60,592 nucleotides of DNA from Acidilobaceae archaeon (lineage in GTDB: Archaea; Thermoproteota; Thermoprotei_A; Sulfolobales; Acidilobaceae). Of the stretch, positions 1-8,927 are shown one piece after another (within the stretch, counting starts at the first letter, position 1; every line of letters begins with the position of its first letter). The stretch spans positions 1-60,592 of the forward strand of contig JALSQL010000012.1 in assembly GCA_026985435.1 (NCBI GenBank), written 5' to 3'. Position numbers and translations under genes: made by a program. The notes beneath the pieces are model-generated. The model was not told the DNA's origin and did no database searches. It saw only the letters and a list, made by a program, of their open reading frames with translations.

Positions 1-44
1 TGTATCTAATAATTTTCTAAACATTGTGTATCACCTGTATCACC

Positions 45-1427
45 TTACTTCTCACGCTTCAACCTCTCAGCCTCTTCGATGGCCTCAATCTGCGCCTTGA
101 TGTACTCCTCCGGATCGAAGGGCTTAACCCTCTTCTCAGCATAGACCTTCCAGTAGATGTATGTGACCGCAAGGTATCCTATGGTGAACCATACATACTT
201 GATATCACCGCCAAACTGCGGTATATATGCCAGGAGCAACACCATTATAGCCCCGGCAAGCGATATCAGCGGTATCGCCGGGTACCCCTTGTACTTCCAT
301 ATCCTCAGCAGCTGCGGATACTTCTTTCTCAGCATATAGCCTGCGAGAGCCAGTATCACATAATCTATGTCCCAGGCTATAGTTGCTATGTACACAAACG
401 CCCAGTACCAGCCTGTGGCTGCGACGAAGTAGCTGAATACAGCGGCTAGCACGAGGGACCATACCGGCACCCTAGTCTTGGGGTGGACGTACGCGAACGC
501 CTTCGGTAGGTAGCCATCCTTAGCCATCCCGTAGAACAGCCTTGAAGCACCATAAAGGTTACCCATTAGCACGTCAGTAGCTGATGCCAACCACGCGGCT
601 AGAGCTATTAGGAATACACCCACCGGTCCCATTATCTCCTTCATCCCAATGACGAACGGTGTCTGGACAGGAGTCTCAGCGTTGCTTACACCCTCAAACG
701 CCGATGAGGGAACAACGCCGGTTAGCACGAGAATGGCAACCGCGTACATTACAATTATAAATATAGTCGACGCTATCATAGCCCTGGGCATATCCCTGAT
801 ATCCTTGGCCTCCTCCGCAGCTGTTGCTACGAGCAATGGGCCTACGTAGGCGTACATGGCAGCTATGATCGCTCCCCCTAGGGCGGAAGCTGTTATGGGA
901 GGGTAGGTGTGCCAGTTAGCCGGGTTTATCTTGAAAAGCCCCGCTATGTTGAACAGCCAGATTATCGAGATAAGGCCTATGGTTAGGGCTAGCTGCAGGT
1001 TGCCGCTAAACTCTACCCCCAGCAGATTTATGATTAGGAACAATGTAACAAAGAAGACGCCCCAAATCCTTGCATCAATGCTAGGCAGGAAATAGTGCGT
1101 CAATATACCCAGGGCGAACGCCTCGGCGCAGGTGGCCCACGCAAAAGCGTAACCGAACCCCATTAGGAAACCAGCGTACCCGCCTAGGGTGCTCCTCGCC
1201 CACAGCTCTAGGGACGCCGCCTTTGGCATTGCCACCGCAAACTCGGCCCCTATTATCATCCATAGCAGGAAGAATATGCCGCCGACTATCACCGCGATAT
1301 CTATCATCGGCCCGGAGGCCGCGAAGCTAGATAGTGCTATGAATATGCCGCTACCCAGCACCGCCCCCGACGATACTGCGAAAAGATGCCAAAAGCCTAG
1401 CTTCCTGGCAAGTTTCACCTCAGCCAA
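45..1427 (-). CDS. APC family amino acid/polyamine permease
   Basis: About 12 hydrophobic segments, N-terminal 'LARKLG...GAVLGSGIF' motif, 'AEEAKD..RDMPRA', 'SRLFYGMAKDGYLPKAF'; visibly lower GC than flanking genes. Confidence 0.9.
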   Translation of the reverse strand: MAEVKLARKLGFWHLFAVSSGAVLGSGIFIALSSFAASGPMIDIAVIVGGIFFLLWMIIGAEFAVAMPKAASLELWARSTLGGYAGFLMGFGYAFAWATCAEAFALGILTHYFLPSIDARIWGVFFVTLFLIINLLGVEFSGNLQLALTIGLISIIWLFNIAGLFKINPANWHTYPPITASALGGAIIAAMYAYVGPLLVATAAEEAKDIRDMPRAMIASTIFIIVMYAVAILVLTGVVPSSAFEGVSNAETPVQTPFVIGMKEIMGPVGVFLIALAAWLASATDVLMGNLYGASRLFYGMAKDGYLPKAFAYVHPKTRVPVWSLVLAAVFSYFVAATGWYWAFVYIATIAWDIDYVILALAGYMLRKKYPQLLRIWKYKGYPAIPLISLAGAIMVLLLAYIPQFGGDIKYVWFTIGYLAVTYIYWKVYAEKRVKPFDPEEYIKAQIEAIEEAERLKREK

Positions 1428-1625
1428 TTCCCACCACCAGCTCCTAGCCCAATTAATACCATCGTGGAATTATATTAGGAGTGCTATAAAAATATTGTGT
1501 TAATGGTGAACATATACTTAAATTATATTGATATATTAATATAAACTTTTAAAACACTATTTTCTTGGTGGATGATTGTGCGACACATTAACCCTCGCAG
1601 CATCAATCCGGAGGGGGGAACTGCA

Positions 1626-2309
1626 ATGAGCCACCCGGAAACCGGGCATGTTGACCCCGATGAGGTTACCCACGAGGAGGGCGCGCTGCTCGTTCGCCTG
1701 GCGAGGGAGAGTGTGGAGCACTGGTTCCGGGAGAGGAGGCGCATGAGCCTCCCCCCGGGGCTTCCCGAGAGGCTCCTCAGGCCGGGCGCCGCCTTTGTCA
1801 CGATCGAGAGGTACCTGGAGGGTGGCCGTAGGGAGCTGCGGGGGTGCATAGGCTACGTTAGGCCCGTCAAGAGCCTCGCCGAGACTGTGGTGGAGGTCGC
1901 CCTGGAGAGCGCCTTCCGCGACCCGCGGTTCAGGCCCCTGGAGGAGTGGGAGCTCGACCACGTGACGTTCGAGGTCTCCGTCCTCTCGCCGCTCGAGGAG
2001 GCCCCCAGGGACCCCGACGGCAGGCTCTCCTTCGTCCGGGTCGGGAGGGACGGCCTCGTCGTTGAGAGGGGGTTCTTCAGCGGGCTCCTCCTACCCGTGG
2101 TGCCAGTGGAGTACCTCTGGGACGAGGAGACCTTCCTAGGCGAGACGTGCATCAAGGCCGGCCTCTGGCCCGACTGCTGGCTCGACCCGGAGACCAGGGT
2201 TTACCGCTACCGAGCCAGGGCCTGGAGGGAGTCGAGGCCCCGCGGCCCCGTCGAGTATAGGGACCTCAGGCGGGAGCTCGAGGAGGCCCTGCGCCGCTAC
2301 AGCCCCTAG
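1626..2309 (+). CDS. AMMECR1-domain protein (TIGR00296-type)
   Basis: Signature 'ELRGCIGY', 'AFRDPRF', 'EVSVLS', 'GLLLP..PVE'; ATG 1626 follows a GGAGGGGG RBS. Confidence 0.93.
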   Translation: MSHPETGHVDPDEVTHEEGALLVRLARESVEHWFRERRRMSLPPGLPERLLRPGAAFVTIERYLEGGRRELRGCIGYVRPVKSLAETVVEVALESAFRDPRFRPLEEWELDHVTFEVSVLSPLEEAPRDPDGRLSFVRVGRDGLVVERGFFSGLLLPVVPVEYLWDEETFLGETCIKAGLWPDCWLDPETRVYRYRARAWRESRPRGPVEYRDLRRELEEALRRYSP

Positions 2310-2375
2310 GGCCAGTGCTTTGAGTGGCGCCAGCTTTTTACCGCCCCCACCCGGCGGGGTTCTGGGGAGCCCCTA

Positions 2376-2576
2376 GTGGTGTCGAGCCAGGCTGCCAGCG
2401 GCCTGAGGGGTAGGGTGCGCCACTACTGGGACATGTGGAAGAGGATACTCCAGCTCAGCAGGAGGCCGGACGAGGAGGAGTTCAACCTCCTCCTCAAACT
2501 GAACCTCCTGGGCTTCACCATAGTGGGCGGGATAGCCTACATCATCCACCTGGTGCACGTCCTGGTGGTGAGGTAG
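2376..2576 (+). CDS. secE: Protein translocase subunit SecE/Sec61-gamma
   Basis: 'WKRILQLSRRPDEEEF' plus one TM helix 'LGFTIVGGIAYII'; directly upstream of spt5. Confidence 0.9.
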   Translation: MVSSQAASGLRGRVRHYWDMWKRILQLSRRPDEEEFNLLLKLNLLGFTIVGGIAYIIHLVHVLVVR

Positions 2577-2578
2577 CC

Positions 2579-3079
2579 TTGTCCGGGGAGGGGGGCCAGC
2601 AGCGCGAGGAGCCCGCCGGGGGAGGCCCGGGGACCAGGTTCTTCGCCCTCTCGGTGACTGGCGGCACCGAGGAGAGGGTGGCGCTCCTGCTGGCGGAGAG
2701 GGCTAGGAGCCTCGGCCTGAGCGTTAAGAGCATAGTGGTCCCAGCGGGCCTGAAGGGCTACGTGATCGTCGAGGTCTCCAGGGTCTCCGACCTCTACCAT
2801 ATAATCAGGGGTATAAGGCACGTGAAGAGGAGGAGGCCCCTCCCCGTTAAGCCGGAGGAGATAGAGTCCATAGTGAAGCCGCGCATAGAGGTGCCGAAGC
2901 TCCAGCCGGGCGACATCGTGGAGATAGTCGCGGGCCCATTCAAGGGCCTGACCGGCAAGGTCGTCGAGGTGGACGAGGCCAAGAACCAGGTGGAGGTCAG
3001 CCTGCTCGAGCTGGAGTTCAAGAACGTCGTGACCATACCCATAGACCAGGTTAGGCCCCTCCGGGAGGAGTCGTACTAG
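2579..3079 (+). CDS. spt5: Transcription elongation factor Spt5 (NusG)
   Basis: NGN domain ('VTGGTEERVA','LKGYVIVE') plus KOW motif 'GDIVEIVAGPFKG'; start moved to TTG 2579 after secE. Confidence 0.95.
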   Translation: MSGEGGQQREEPAGGGPGTRFFALSVTGGTEERVALLLAERARSLGLSVKSIVVPAGLKGYVIVEVSRVSDLYHIIRGIRHVKRRRPLPVKPEEIESIVKPRIEVPKLQPGDIVEIVAGPFKGLTGKVVEVDEAKNQVEVSLLELEFKNVVTIPIDQVRPLREESY

Positions 3080-3101
3080 CGCCACGCGGCTAGCCCGCAA
3101 C

Positions 3102-3107
3102 TTATAA
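3102..3107 (+). promoter_or_regulatory. Putative TATA box for rpl11
   Basis: TTATAA in GC-rich intergenic DNA about 35-40 nt before ATG 3142. Confidence 0.6.
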
Positions 3108-3141
3108 TCCCGCCCGCCGGGCGGGCGGTGGCTGGGTGCGC

Positions 3142-3663
3142 ATGGTGGCACAGGAGAAGGTTATCTCCATACAGATAGAGGGTGGCAAGGCGAGGCCGGG
3201 GCCCCCGCTGGGCCCCACCCTGAGCGCCCTCGGCCTCAACGTTAAGCAGGTTGTGGATGAGATCAACAAGCTGACCAAGGCCTACGAGGGCCTCACCATC
3301 CCCGTTAAGATCATAGTTGACACGAAGACCAAGAAGTACCGGATCGAGGTCGGCATACCCACCACGACCGCCCTCCTCCTCAAGGCCGTCGGGGCCAAGG
3401 AGCCGAGCGGCGACCCGATGCACCAGAAGATAGGGGACCTGCCCTTCGAGAAGATAGTGGAGATAGCGCTCCAGAAGAAGCCCCAGCTGCTAGCGAAGAC
3501 CCTGAAGGCGGCCGTCAAGACGATCCTCGGATCGGCCAGGAGCATAGGGATAACCGTCGACGGCAAGGACGCCAAGGAGGTTACGAGGCTCGTGGACGAG
3601 GGCTACTACGACGCCGTTCTAGCGAAGTACGAGGAGGAGTGGGAGAAGGAGGAGGAAGCCTAG
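3142..3663 (+). CDS. rpl11: 50S ribosomal protein uL11
   Basis: '[14 protein letters not shown]', '[14 protein letters not shown]'. Confidence 0.97.
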   Translation: MVAQEKVISIQIEGGKARPGPPLGPTLSALGLNVKQVVDEINKLTKAYEGLTIPVKIIVDTKTKKYRIEVGIPTTTALLLKAVGAKEPSGDPMHQKIGDLPFEKIVEIALQKKPQLLAKTLKAAVKTILGSARSIGITVDGKDAKEVTRLVDEGYYDAVLAKYEEEWEKEEEA

Positions 3664-3671
3664 CGCGCACC

Positions 3672-3776
3672 TTTAAAAGCCCCGGCCCCTCCCACCCGCA
3701 GCCGACTCCACCCCCGACCGGGTGGAGGAGGGCCCCCTAGACCCGGTAGGGGCCCGCTAGGCGGAGGTGCTCGCCG
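3672..3776 (+). promoter_or_regulatory. rpl1-rpl10 promoter (TTTAAAA) and structured 5' leader
   Basis: TATA at 3672-3678; hairpins 3706-3727 and 3730-3755; SD GGAGGTG 3763-3769. Confidence 0.6.
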
Positions 3777-4427
3777 TTGAGCGTGGCTGTGGCCGAGAGG
3801 GAGGCCCTGCTGGGCGCTGTGGAGAGGGCGCTCCGGCTGGGTAAGAAGAGGAGGTTCAAGCAGAGCGTCGACCTGATCGTTGTTTTGAAGGATGTGGACC
3901 CCAAGAGCCCCGAGGGGAGGCTGAGGGAGATAGTCTTCCTGCCGCACAGGCCCAGGAAGGAGCCGAGGATATGCGTGGTGGCCGAGGGGGACATGGCCAT
4001 TAAGGCGAGGGAGCTCGGCGTCCCGGTCTACGGTAGGAGCGACCTGCAGGAGATGAGGGGCAACAGGAAGCTCGCCAAGAAGGTTGCGCAGCAGTGCGAC
4101 TGGGTTCTCATACGCGTCGACCTGATGGGGCTGGCCGGCGGCGTTCTGGGGCCCGCCCTCGGGCCCAGGGGTAAGGCCCCCACGCCAGTGCCGCCCAACG
4201 CTGACATAGCCCAGCTCGTCGAGAGGTACAAGAGCGCTGTTTGGGTGAGGACCAGGAACCAGCCCCAGGTTATGTGCAGGGTCGGCACCGAGGACATGAG
4301 CCCCGAGGAGATAGCCGATAACATTGAGTCCGTGCTGAACGTTATCGCCAGCAAGCTCGGCAGGCAGAAGATCGGCAAGGTGCTCGTGAAGAAGACTATG
4401 GGCATACCCGTCCAGGTGCCCCTGTAG
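3777..4427 (+). CDS. rpl1: 50S ribosomal protein uL1
   Basis: 'KKRRFKQSVDL', 'LGPALGPRGKAP', 'VKKTMG'. Confidence 0.97.
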   Translation: MSVAVAEREALLGAVERALRLGKKRRFKQSVDLIVVLKDVDPKSPEGRLREIVFLPHRPRKEPRICVVAEGDMAIKARELGVPVYGRSDLQEMRGNRKLAKKVAQQCDWVLIRVDLMGLAGGVLGPALGPRGKAPTPVPPNADIAQLVERYKSAVWVRTRNQPQVMCRVGTEDMSPEEIADNIESVLNVIASKLGRQKIGKVLVKKTMGIPVQVPL

Positions 4428-4432
4428 CCGGG

Positions 4433-5473
4433 GTGTTGGAGGTGTCCGTGATAGTCAGGCGTGGGAGGAGTGAGGAGGAGATCCCCGAGTGGAAGAAGAG
4501 GGTTGTAGCGGAGCTGGCCGAGCTGTTCCGCAAGTACCCGGTGATCGGCATAGCCGACCTCACGGGGATGCCGACAGCGCAGCTGCAGAAGATACGCAAG
4601 AAGTTCAGGAGGAACGTGTACTTCAAGGTTGCAAAGAAGAGGCTCATACTCCGCGCCATCGAGAGGGCGGGGCTCGAGAAGGAGAAGTTCGAGTCCTACC
4701 TGCAGGGCAGCATAATGCTGCTATTCACCGATATGAACCCGTTCAGGCTGGCCCGGATGATAGAGTCCGAGAAGATACCGGTATCCGCCAAGCCGGGCCA
4801 GGTGGCTGACAGGGAGATAGTGATCCCCGAGGGCGACACCGGCCTCCAGCCCGGCCCCATACTCAGCACGTTCGGCAAGCTGAGGATCCCCTACGAGATA
4901 AGGAAGGGCACGATATACGTTAAGAAGGACACCGTCGTGGCCAAGCCGGGCGACGTTATAAGCGCCGACCTGGCCGGGCTCCTGCAGAACCTCGGAATAC
5001 AGCCGTTCGAGGTTAGCCTGAAGATAGTGGCGGTCTACGATAGGGGCGTCATCATACCCAGGGACGAGCTGTTCGTAGACCTCGATGCTTTCAAGGCCGA
5101 CGTTGCCGAGGCCGCTAAGGCAGCCATACTGGCGGCGGCGGAGCTGGGCCTCCTCTTCGTCCCGGAGGCCCTGGAGATAGCCCTAACCAAGGCGGCAGCC
5201 GAGGCGAGGAGCGTGATAGCCGAGGCCGCAATACTAACCCCCGACACGGCCGAGGAGGCGATAGCGGGCGCCCTAGCCAGGGAGGCCGCCCTGATCGCCG
5301 CACTGGGCGACAAGGCCGCGGAGCTAGGCCTGGAGGCCCCCGTGGCCGCGGCGGCCCCAGCGGCGCCCGCGGAGGAGGCCGGGGAGGAGGAGTCCAAGGA
5401 GGAAGAGGAGAAGGAGGAGGAAGAGGGGGAGGTCGACATCGGGGAGGGCCTGGGCGGCCTCTTCGGCTTCTAG
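4433..5473 (+). CDS. rpl10: 50S ribosomal protein uL10 (P0)
   Basis: 'IPEWKK', 'LQKIRKK', 'GDTGLQPGP', Ala-rich hinge and acidic tail ending 'GLGGLFGF'. Confidence 0.97.
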   Translation: MLEVSVIVRRGRSEEEIPEWKKRVVAELAELFRKYPVIGIADLTGMPTAQLQKIRKKFRRNVYFKVAKKRLILRAIERAGLEKEKFESYLQGSIMLLFTDMNPFRLARMIESEKIPVSAKPGQVADREIVIPEGDTGLQPGPILSTFGKLRIPYEIRKGTIYVKKDTVVAKPGDVISADLAGLLQNLGIQPFEVSLKIVAVYDRGVIIPRDELFVDLDAFKADVAEAAKAAILAAAELGLLFVPEALEIALTKAAAEARSVIAEAAILTPDTAEEAIAGALAREAALIAALGDKAAELGLEAPVAAAAPAAPAEEAGEEESKEEEEKEEEEGEVDIGEGLGGLFGF

Positions 5474-6114
5474 CCCTCCCCCGGCCCCCACCCCGCCCCG
5501 TAGCTGGTTCCTCCCCTCCGCTTTCCAGCCTCGAGCACCGCTATGAGGAGGCCCTGCGGTGTGGGCGCTATGCCGCTCCTCCATGGCCCCCGGGAGACGG
5601 CGTGGAAGAAGCTCTCGGGCGGCCTGGGGAAGTAGGCGTTGTGGAACAGGGCGACCCCGCCGGGCTTCAGCTTGTACTCCAGCAGCTCCAGGGCCTTGGG
5701 GTACTCGTACTTCTCTATGTCGACGAATGCTAGGTCCACGCTCCTGTTGGGGATGCCCTCGAGGAACGCTATGGCGTCGCCCGCGACCCAGCGTATCCTC
5801 ACCCTCCTCAGGCCGGCCCGCGCCGTCGCCTCTTCTCCGGCGCTCGCGAGCCTCGCGTTCGCCTCGACCGCCGTGACCCTGCAGGAGGCTGTCTGGGGGC
5901 AGGCGTCCTCCAGGCCAGCCGCTATCCAGAGCGTCGAGTACCCTATCCCCGCGCCCAGGTCCAGGGCCTCAACGCTGCCCGAGGCCCTCCCGGCGACCGA
6001 CACGGCGATCGAGTAGAGTATCAGCCCGTCCTCCGGGTCTATGCTGGGTATACCGAGCGAGCGGCTCCTAGCGCCGATCTCCTCCAGAGTCTCCCAGTAC
6101 TGGTCGTAGACCAT
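5470..6114 (-). CDS. Class I SAM-dependent (O-)methyltransferase
   Basis: Motif I 'LDLGAGIGYSTLW', 'VDLAFVDIEK', 'LKPGGV'. Confidence 0.88.
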   Translation of the reverse strand: MVYDQYWETLEEIGARSRSLGIPSIDPEDGLILYSIAVSVAGRASGSVEALDLGAGIGYSTLWIAAGLEDACPQTASCRVTAVEANARLASAGEEATARAGLRRVRIRWVAGDAIAFLEGIPNRSVDLAFVDIEKYEYPKALELLEYKLKPGGVALFHNAYFPRPPESFFHAVSRGPWRSGIAPTPQGLLIAVLEAGKRRGGTSYGAGWGPGEG

Positions 6115-6215
6115 GCTAGCACCCAGACTGTAACGCGCGGCGGGGACTTTAACGCCGTATACAAGCCGCCCCCGGCGCGATTAAGGCCCCGGCCCGAGGC
6201 GGCCCGCGGCTGGGG

Positions 6216-7076
6216 GTGTGCGGGTTGGCGGGCGGGCTCTCCGGGCTGACTCTCGCCGTGATAGGCGCTGGCAGGATAGGCCAGTCCATAGTGAGGGCCG
6301 CGCGGGGCTGCGTGGCCCGGGTCGTGGCGACCGGCAGGCGGCGCGAGACGCTCGAGGCCGTCGAGCGCCTGGGGGCTGAGGCCACTAGGGACAACAGGCT
6401 CGCCGCCAGGGAGGCCGACGTTGTGGTGGTAAGCGTCAAGCCCCACCACTTCGCCGCCGTCGCGGGGGAGCTCCGGGGCGCCGTTGGGGGCAAGGTTGTG
6501 GCCTCGGTCGTCGCGGGGGTGCGCCTCGCCACCATAAGGAAGGCGCTTCCGGGCGCCCTCGCTCATAGGGCGATGCCCAACATTAACGCCCTAATAGCGA
6601 GGAGCACCACCGCCCTGGCGCTCTCCGACGGCGAGTCCAGGCCTCCGGGCTGGGAGGTTGTGGAGGCCCTATTCGGGTGCCTGGGGAGCGTGTACTGGAT
6701 ACCCGAGGAGTGGATGGACACCTGGACGGCCCTGGTTGGCAGCGGGCCCGCCTTCCTCGCGGAGATCGTGGACGCCCTGGTCCTGGGCGCCGTCAGCATG
6801 GGGATGCCCCGCGACCTCGCCTACAGGGCCCTCCTGGACGCCGTCAAGGCGACGGCCGAGCACCTCGAGAGGAGGCCCACACACCCGCTCCAGCTCCGCG
6901 ACGAGGTCACCACCCCGGCCGGGACAACGATACACGGCCTCATGAGGCTCGAGAGCGAGGGCGTCAAGGCCGGCCTCATGAAGGTCATAGAGGCGTCCAC
7001 GAGGCGCGGCAGGGAGCTGGGTGCACTCATAGACTCCGCCGTCCGGAGGAGCATCGAGTCCTCCCGGCCCGGCTAG
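6216..7076 (+). CDS. proC: Pyrroline-5-carboxylate reductase
   Basis: 'IGAGRIG', 'RAMPN', 'GSGPAF', 'VTTPAGTTIHGL'. Confidence 0.95.
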   Translation: MCGLAGGLSGLTLAVIGAGRIGQSIVRAARGCVARVVATGRRRETLEAVERLGAEATRDNRLAAREADVVVVSVKPHHFAAVAGELRGAVGGKVVASVVAGVRLATIRKALPGALAHRAMPNINALIARSTTALALSDGESRPPGWEVVEALFGCLGSVYWIPEEWMDTWTALVGSGPAFLAEIVDALVLGAVSMGMPRDLAYRALLDAVKATAEHLERRPTHPLQLRDEVTTPAGTTIHGLMRLESEGVKAGLMKVIEASTRRGRELGALIDSAVRRSIESSRPG

Positions 7077-8212
7077 GAGACGGGCTCCCAGAGGAGGCCC
7101 AGCTCGCCGGCGAGCCTCCTGGCCTCCTCCACCTCGCGGGGCTCCGGCCTCCTGGCTATCTCGGGCCACCTGCCCGGGTGCCTGGCTGCCAGGTGCATGG
7201 GCCTGTACTGCCCCATAACGTTGACCAGGACCCTGTCCCTTGGGAGGTTCCTGGAGATCCACTCGAGCACCGGCCTCGTGCAGCAGTCCAGGTGGCCCGG
7301 CAGGACCAGGTGGCGTATTATCATGTCGCCGTGCTCCACGGCCACCCTAAGGTTCCTGGTGACGACCTCCCAGTACCTAGGCACGGCGCTCAGCCGGGCG
7401 GCGCACCGGTTGTTGCCGTACTTGAAGTCCGGCAGCCAGATGTCTATGACGTCCACGAGCAGCTCCATGGCCTCCCTGCTCATGTAGAAGTTGCTGTTCC
7501 ACAGCTGGGGGACGCTCGACTCCACGTATAGGAGGCTCTCCATTATGACGTGCAGGCTCGGGGTGGGGTCGCCGCCCACGTGGTTTATGTTCCTCGCCCC
7601 CCGCCTCGCCAGGGCGTCCTGTATGGCGGCCAGCCTCCTAGCGCTAACCCTAACCCCCCGCCTGGGGGCGGTCTGGCTCACGTCGTAGTTCTGGCAGTAG
7701 ACGCACGTGAAGTTGCAGCCCCCGTAGAATATGGTACCGCTGGGGACCAGCGGGGCCTCCTCGCCTAGGTGGAGGAAGGCGCTGTGAACGTAGACGTCCC
7801 AGGCGAGCCTGCAGGCACCCAGCCTCCCGGAGGCCCTGCTGACCATGCACCTCCTCTCGCACAGCCTGCAGGGGCTCGCGAGCCTCCTGGCGAGCTCGGC
7901 CTTGGCGTGGAGCAGGCTCACCCTGGGGGCGGGCATCTCCAGGTGCTCCCCCGAGCCCTCCCTCACCCTCCTCCAGAGGGCCCGGAACTCCCGGGCGGCC
8001 CTCCCGTGGGCGGCCCACAGGTCGGCCTCGCTGGCAGAGGCCAGCTCGCCGGGCCTGTCGAAGCCGGGTAGCTCGACCAGCCTGGCCAGCTTGAACTTGG
8101 CCGGCCTCCTGCCCGTCATCACGGCTAGGTACCAGGATAGCCTCCTCCGGACCTCGGGGTCCCCCCAGACCCTCAGGGCGTCGGGCCTAACCAGGGCCCA
8201 GTGGCCCCACAA
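7073..8212 (-). CDS. Radical SAM Fe-S protein, PflX-like
   Basis: CxxxCxxC 'CNFTCVYC', N-terminal 'CRLCERRC', 'HLGEEAPL', 'IIRHLVLPGH', 'NVMGQYRP'. Confidence 0.88.
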   Translation of the reverse strand: MWGHWALVRPDALRVWGDPEVRRRLSWYLAVMTGRRPAKFKLARLVELPGFDRPGELASASEADLWAAHGRAAREFRALWRRVREGSGEHLEMPAPRVSLLHAKAELARRLASPCRLCERRCMVSRASGRLGACRLAWDVYVHSAFLHLGEEAPLVPSGTIFYGGCNFTCVYCQNYDVSQTAPRRGVRVSARRLAAIQDALARRGARNINHVGGDPTPSLHVIMESLLYVESSVPQLWNSNFYMSREAMELLVDVIDIWLPDFKYGNNRCAARLSAVPRYWEVVTRNLRVAVEHGDMIIRHLVLPGHLDCCTRPVLEWISRNLPRDRVLVNVMGQYRPMHLAARHPGRWPEIARRPEPREVEEARRLAGELGLLWEPVS

Positions 8213-8242
8213 GAGGGCCGCACCCCCGGCCTCCCAGCGGGC

Positions 8243-8920
8243 CTAGCGGCCTTCTACTATCCTCCTAACAGCCGCGGCCACCTCGCCGCTCAGGAGCCTC
8301 GAGGGTACGCGCCTCCCCACGTACCTGGCCTCGATAGGGCCGCTGGCGTACATGGCCTCGCTCACGACGCCGGAGAACTCCGCGGGCGGCAGCAGCGCCG
8401 CCGCCCTGGCCTCGCCGGGGCGTATTGACTGGATGTTGGTCACTATAGTGAAGGCCGCGGCGCCCGCGGAGGCCCTGGTAACCATGAGCCTCGTGCCCGC
8501 CAGCGGCTCCACCCTGACTACCTCCACCCCTACAACGTCGACGGCCCACTCCGGCCTGTTCTCCTCCCCCAGCCTTATCCTGGCTGGGAGCCCGTAGAGT
8601 ATGAGGAGGGCCCAGCGTATCTCGGCGAACGCCAGCTCCTGGCCCGGGGTGAGCCTGGGCTTCTGCTCGGGCAGCAGCATCTCCCGGAGCCTCGAGGCCG
8701 CCTGGGAGACCCACCTGACCTCCTCGCTCTCGGCCAGCATCTCGGCGGGGAGGAAGCTGTACCTGGCCCTTAGGAGCCTCTTCCTCGCCTCCTCGACCAG
8801 CGCTAGCGCCTCCTGCCTCCTAACCGGCCAGGGGAGCCCCCACTGTCGTAGCCTCCGCTCGAGCATCGCCACAGCGTGGAGGGCCATGCCGAGCCTGTAG
8901 TCCCTGGCCGTGTCGACCAT
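8243..8920 (-). CDS. RNA-binding protein with C-terminal tRNA-binding (EMAP-like OB-fold) domain
   Basis: 'DTARDYRL' N-terminus; C-terminal 'IVTN...AALLPPAEFSGVVSEAM'. Confidence 0.75.
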   Translation of the reverse strand: MVDTARDYRLGMALHAVAMLERRLRQWGLPWPVRRQEALALVEEARKRLLRARYSFLPAEMLAESEEVRWVSQAASRLREMLLPEQKPRLTPGQELAFAEIRWALLILYGLPARIRLGEENRPEWAVDVVGVEVVRVEPLAGTRLMVTRASAGAAAFTIVTNIQSIRPGEARAAALLPPAEFSGVVSEAMYASGPIEARYVGRRVPSRLLSGEVAAAVRRIVEGR

Positions 8921-8927
8921 CCCAGCG

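Noticed and set aside
2435..2578. Spt5 ORF overlapping secE
   Set aside because: ORF-caller over-extension; TTG 2579 just after the secE stop is the plausible start.
1626..8212. AMMECR1 + radical SAM as an AmmeMemoRadiSam system
   Set aside because: The genes are about 5 kb apart on opposite strands, no Memo gene is present, and the radical SAM looks PflX-type rather than AmrS.
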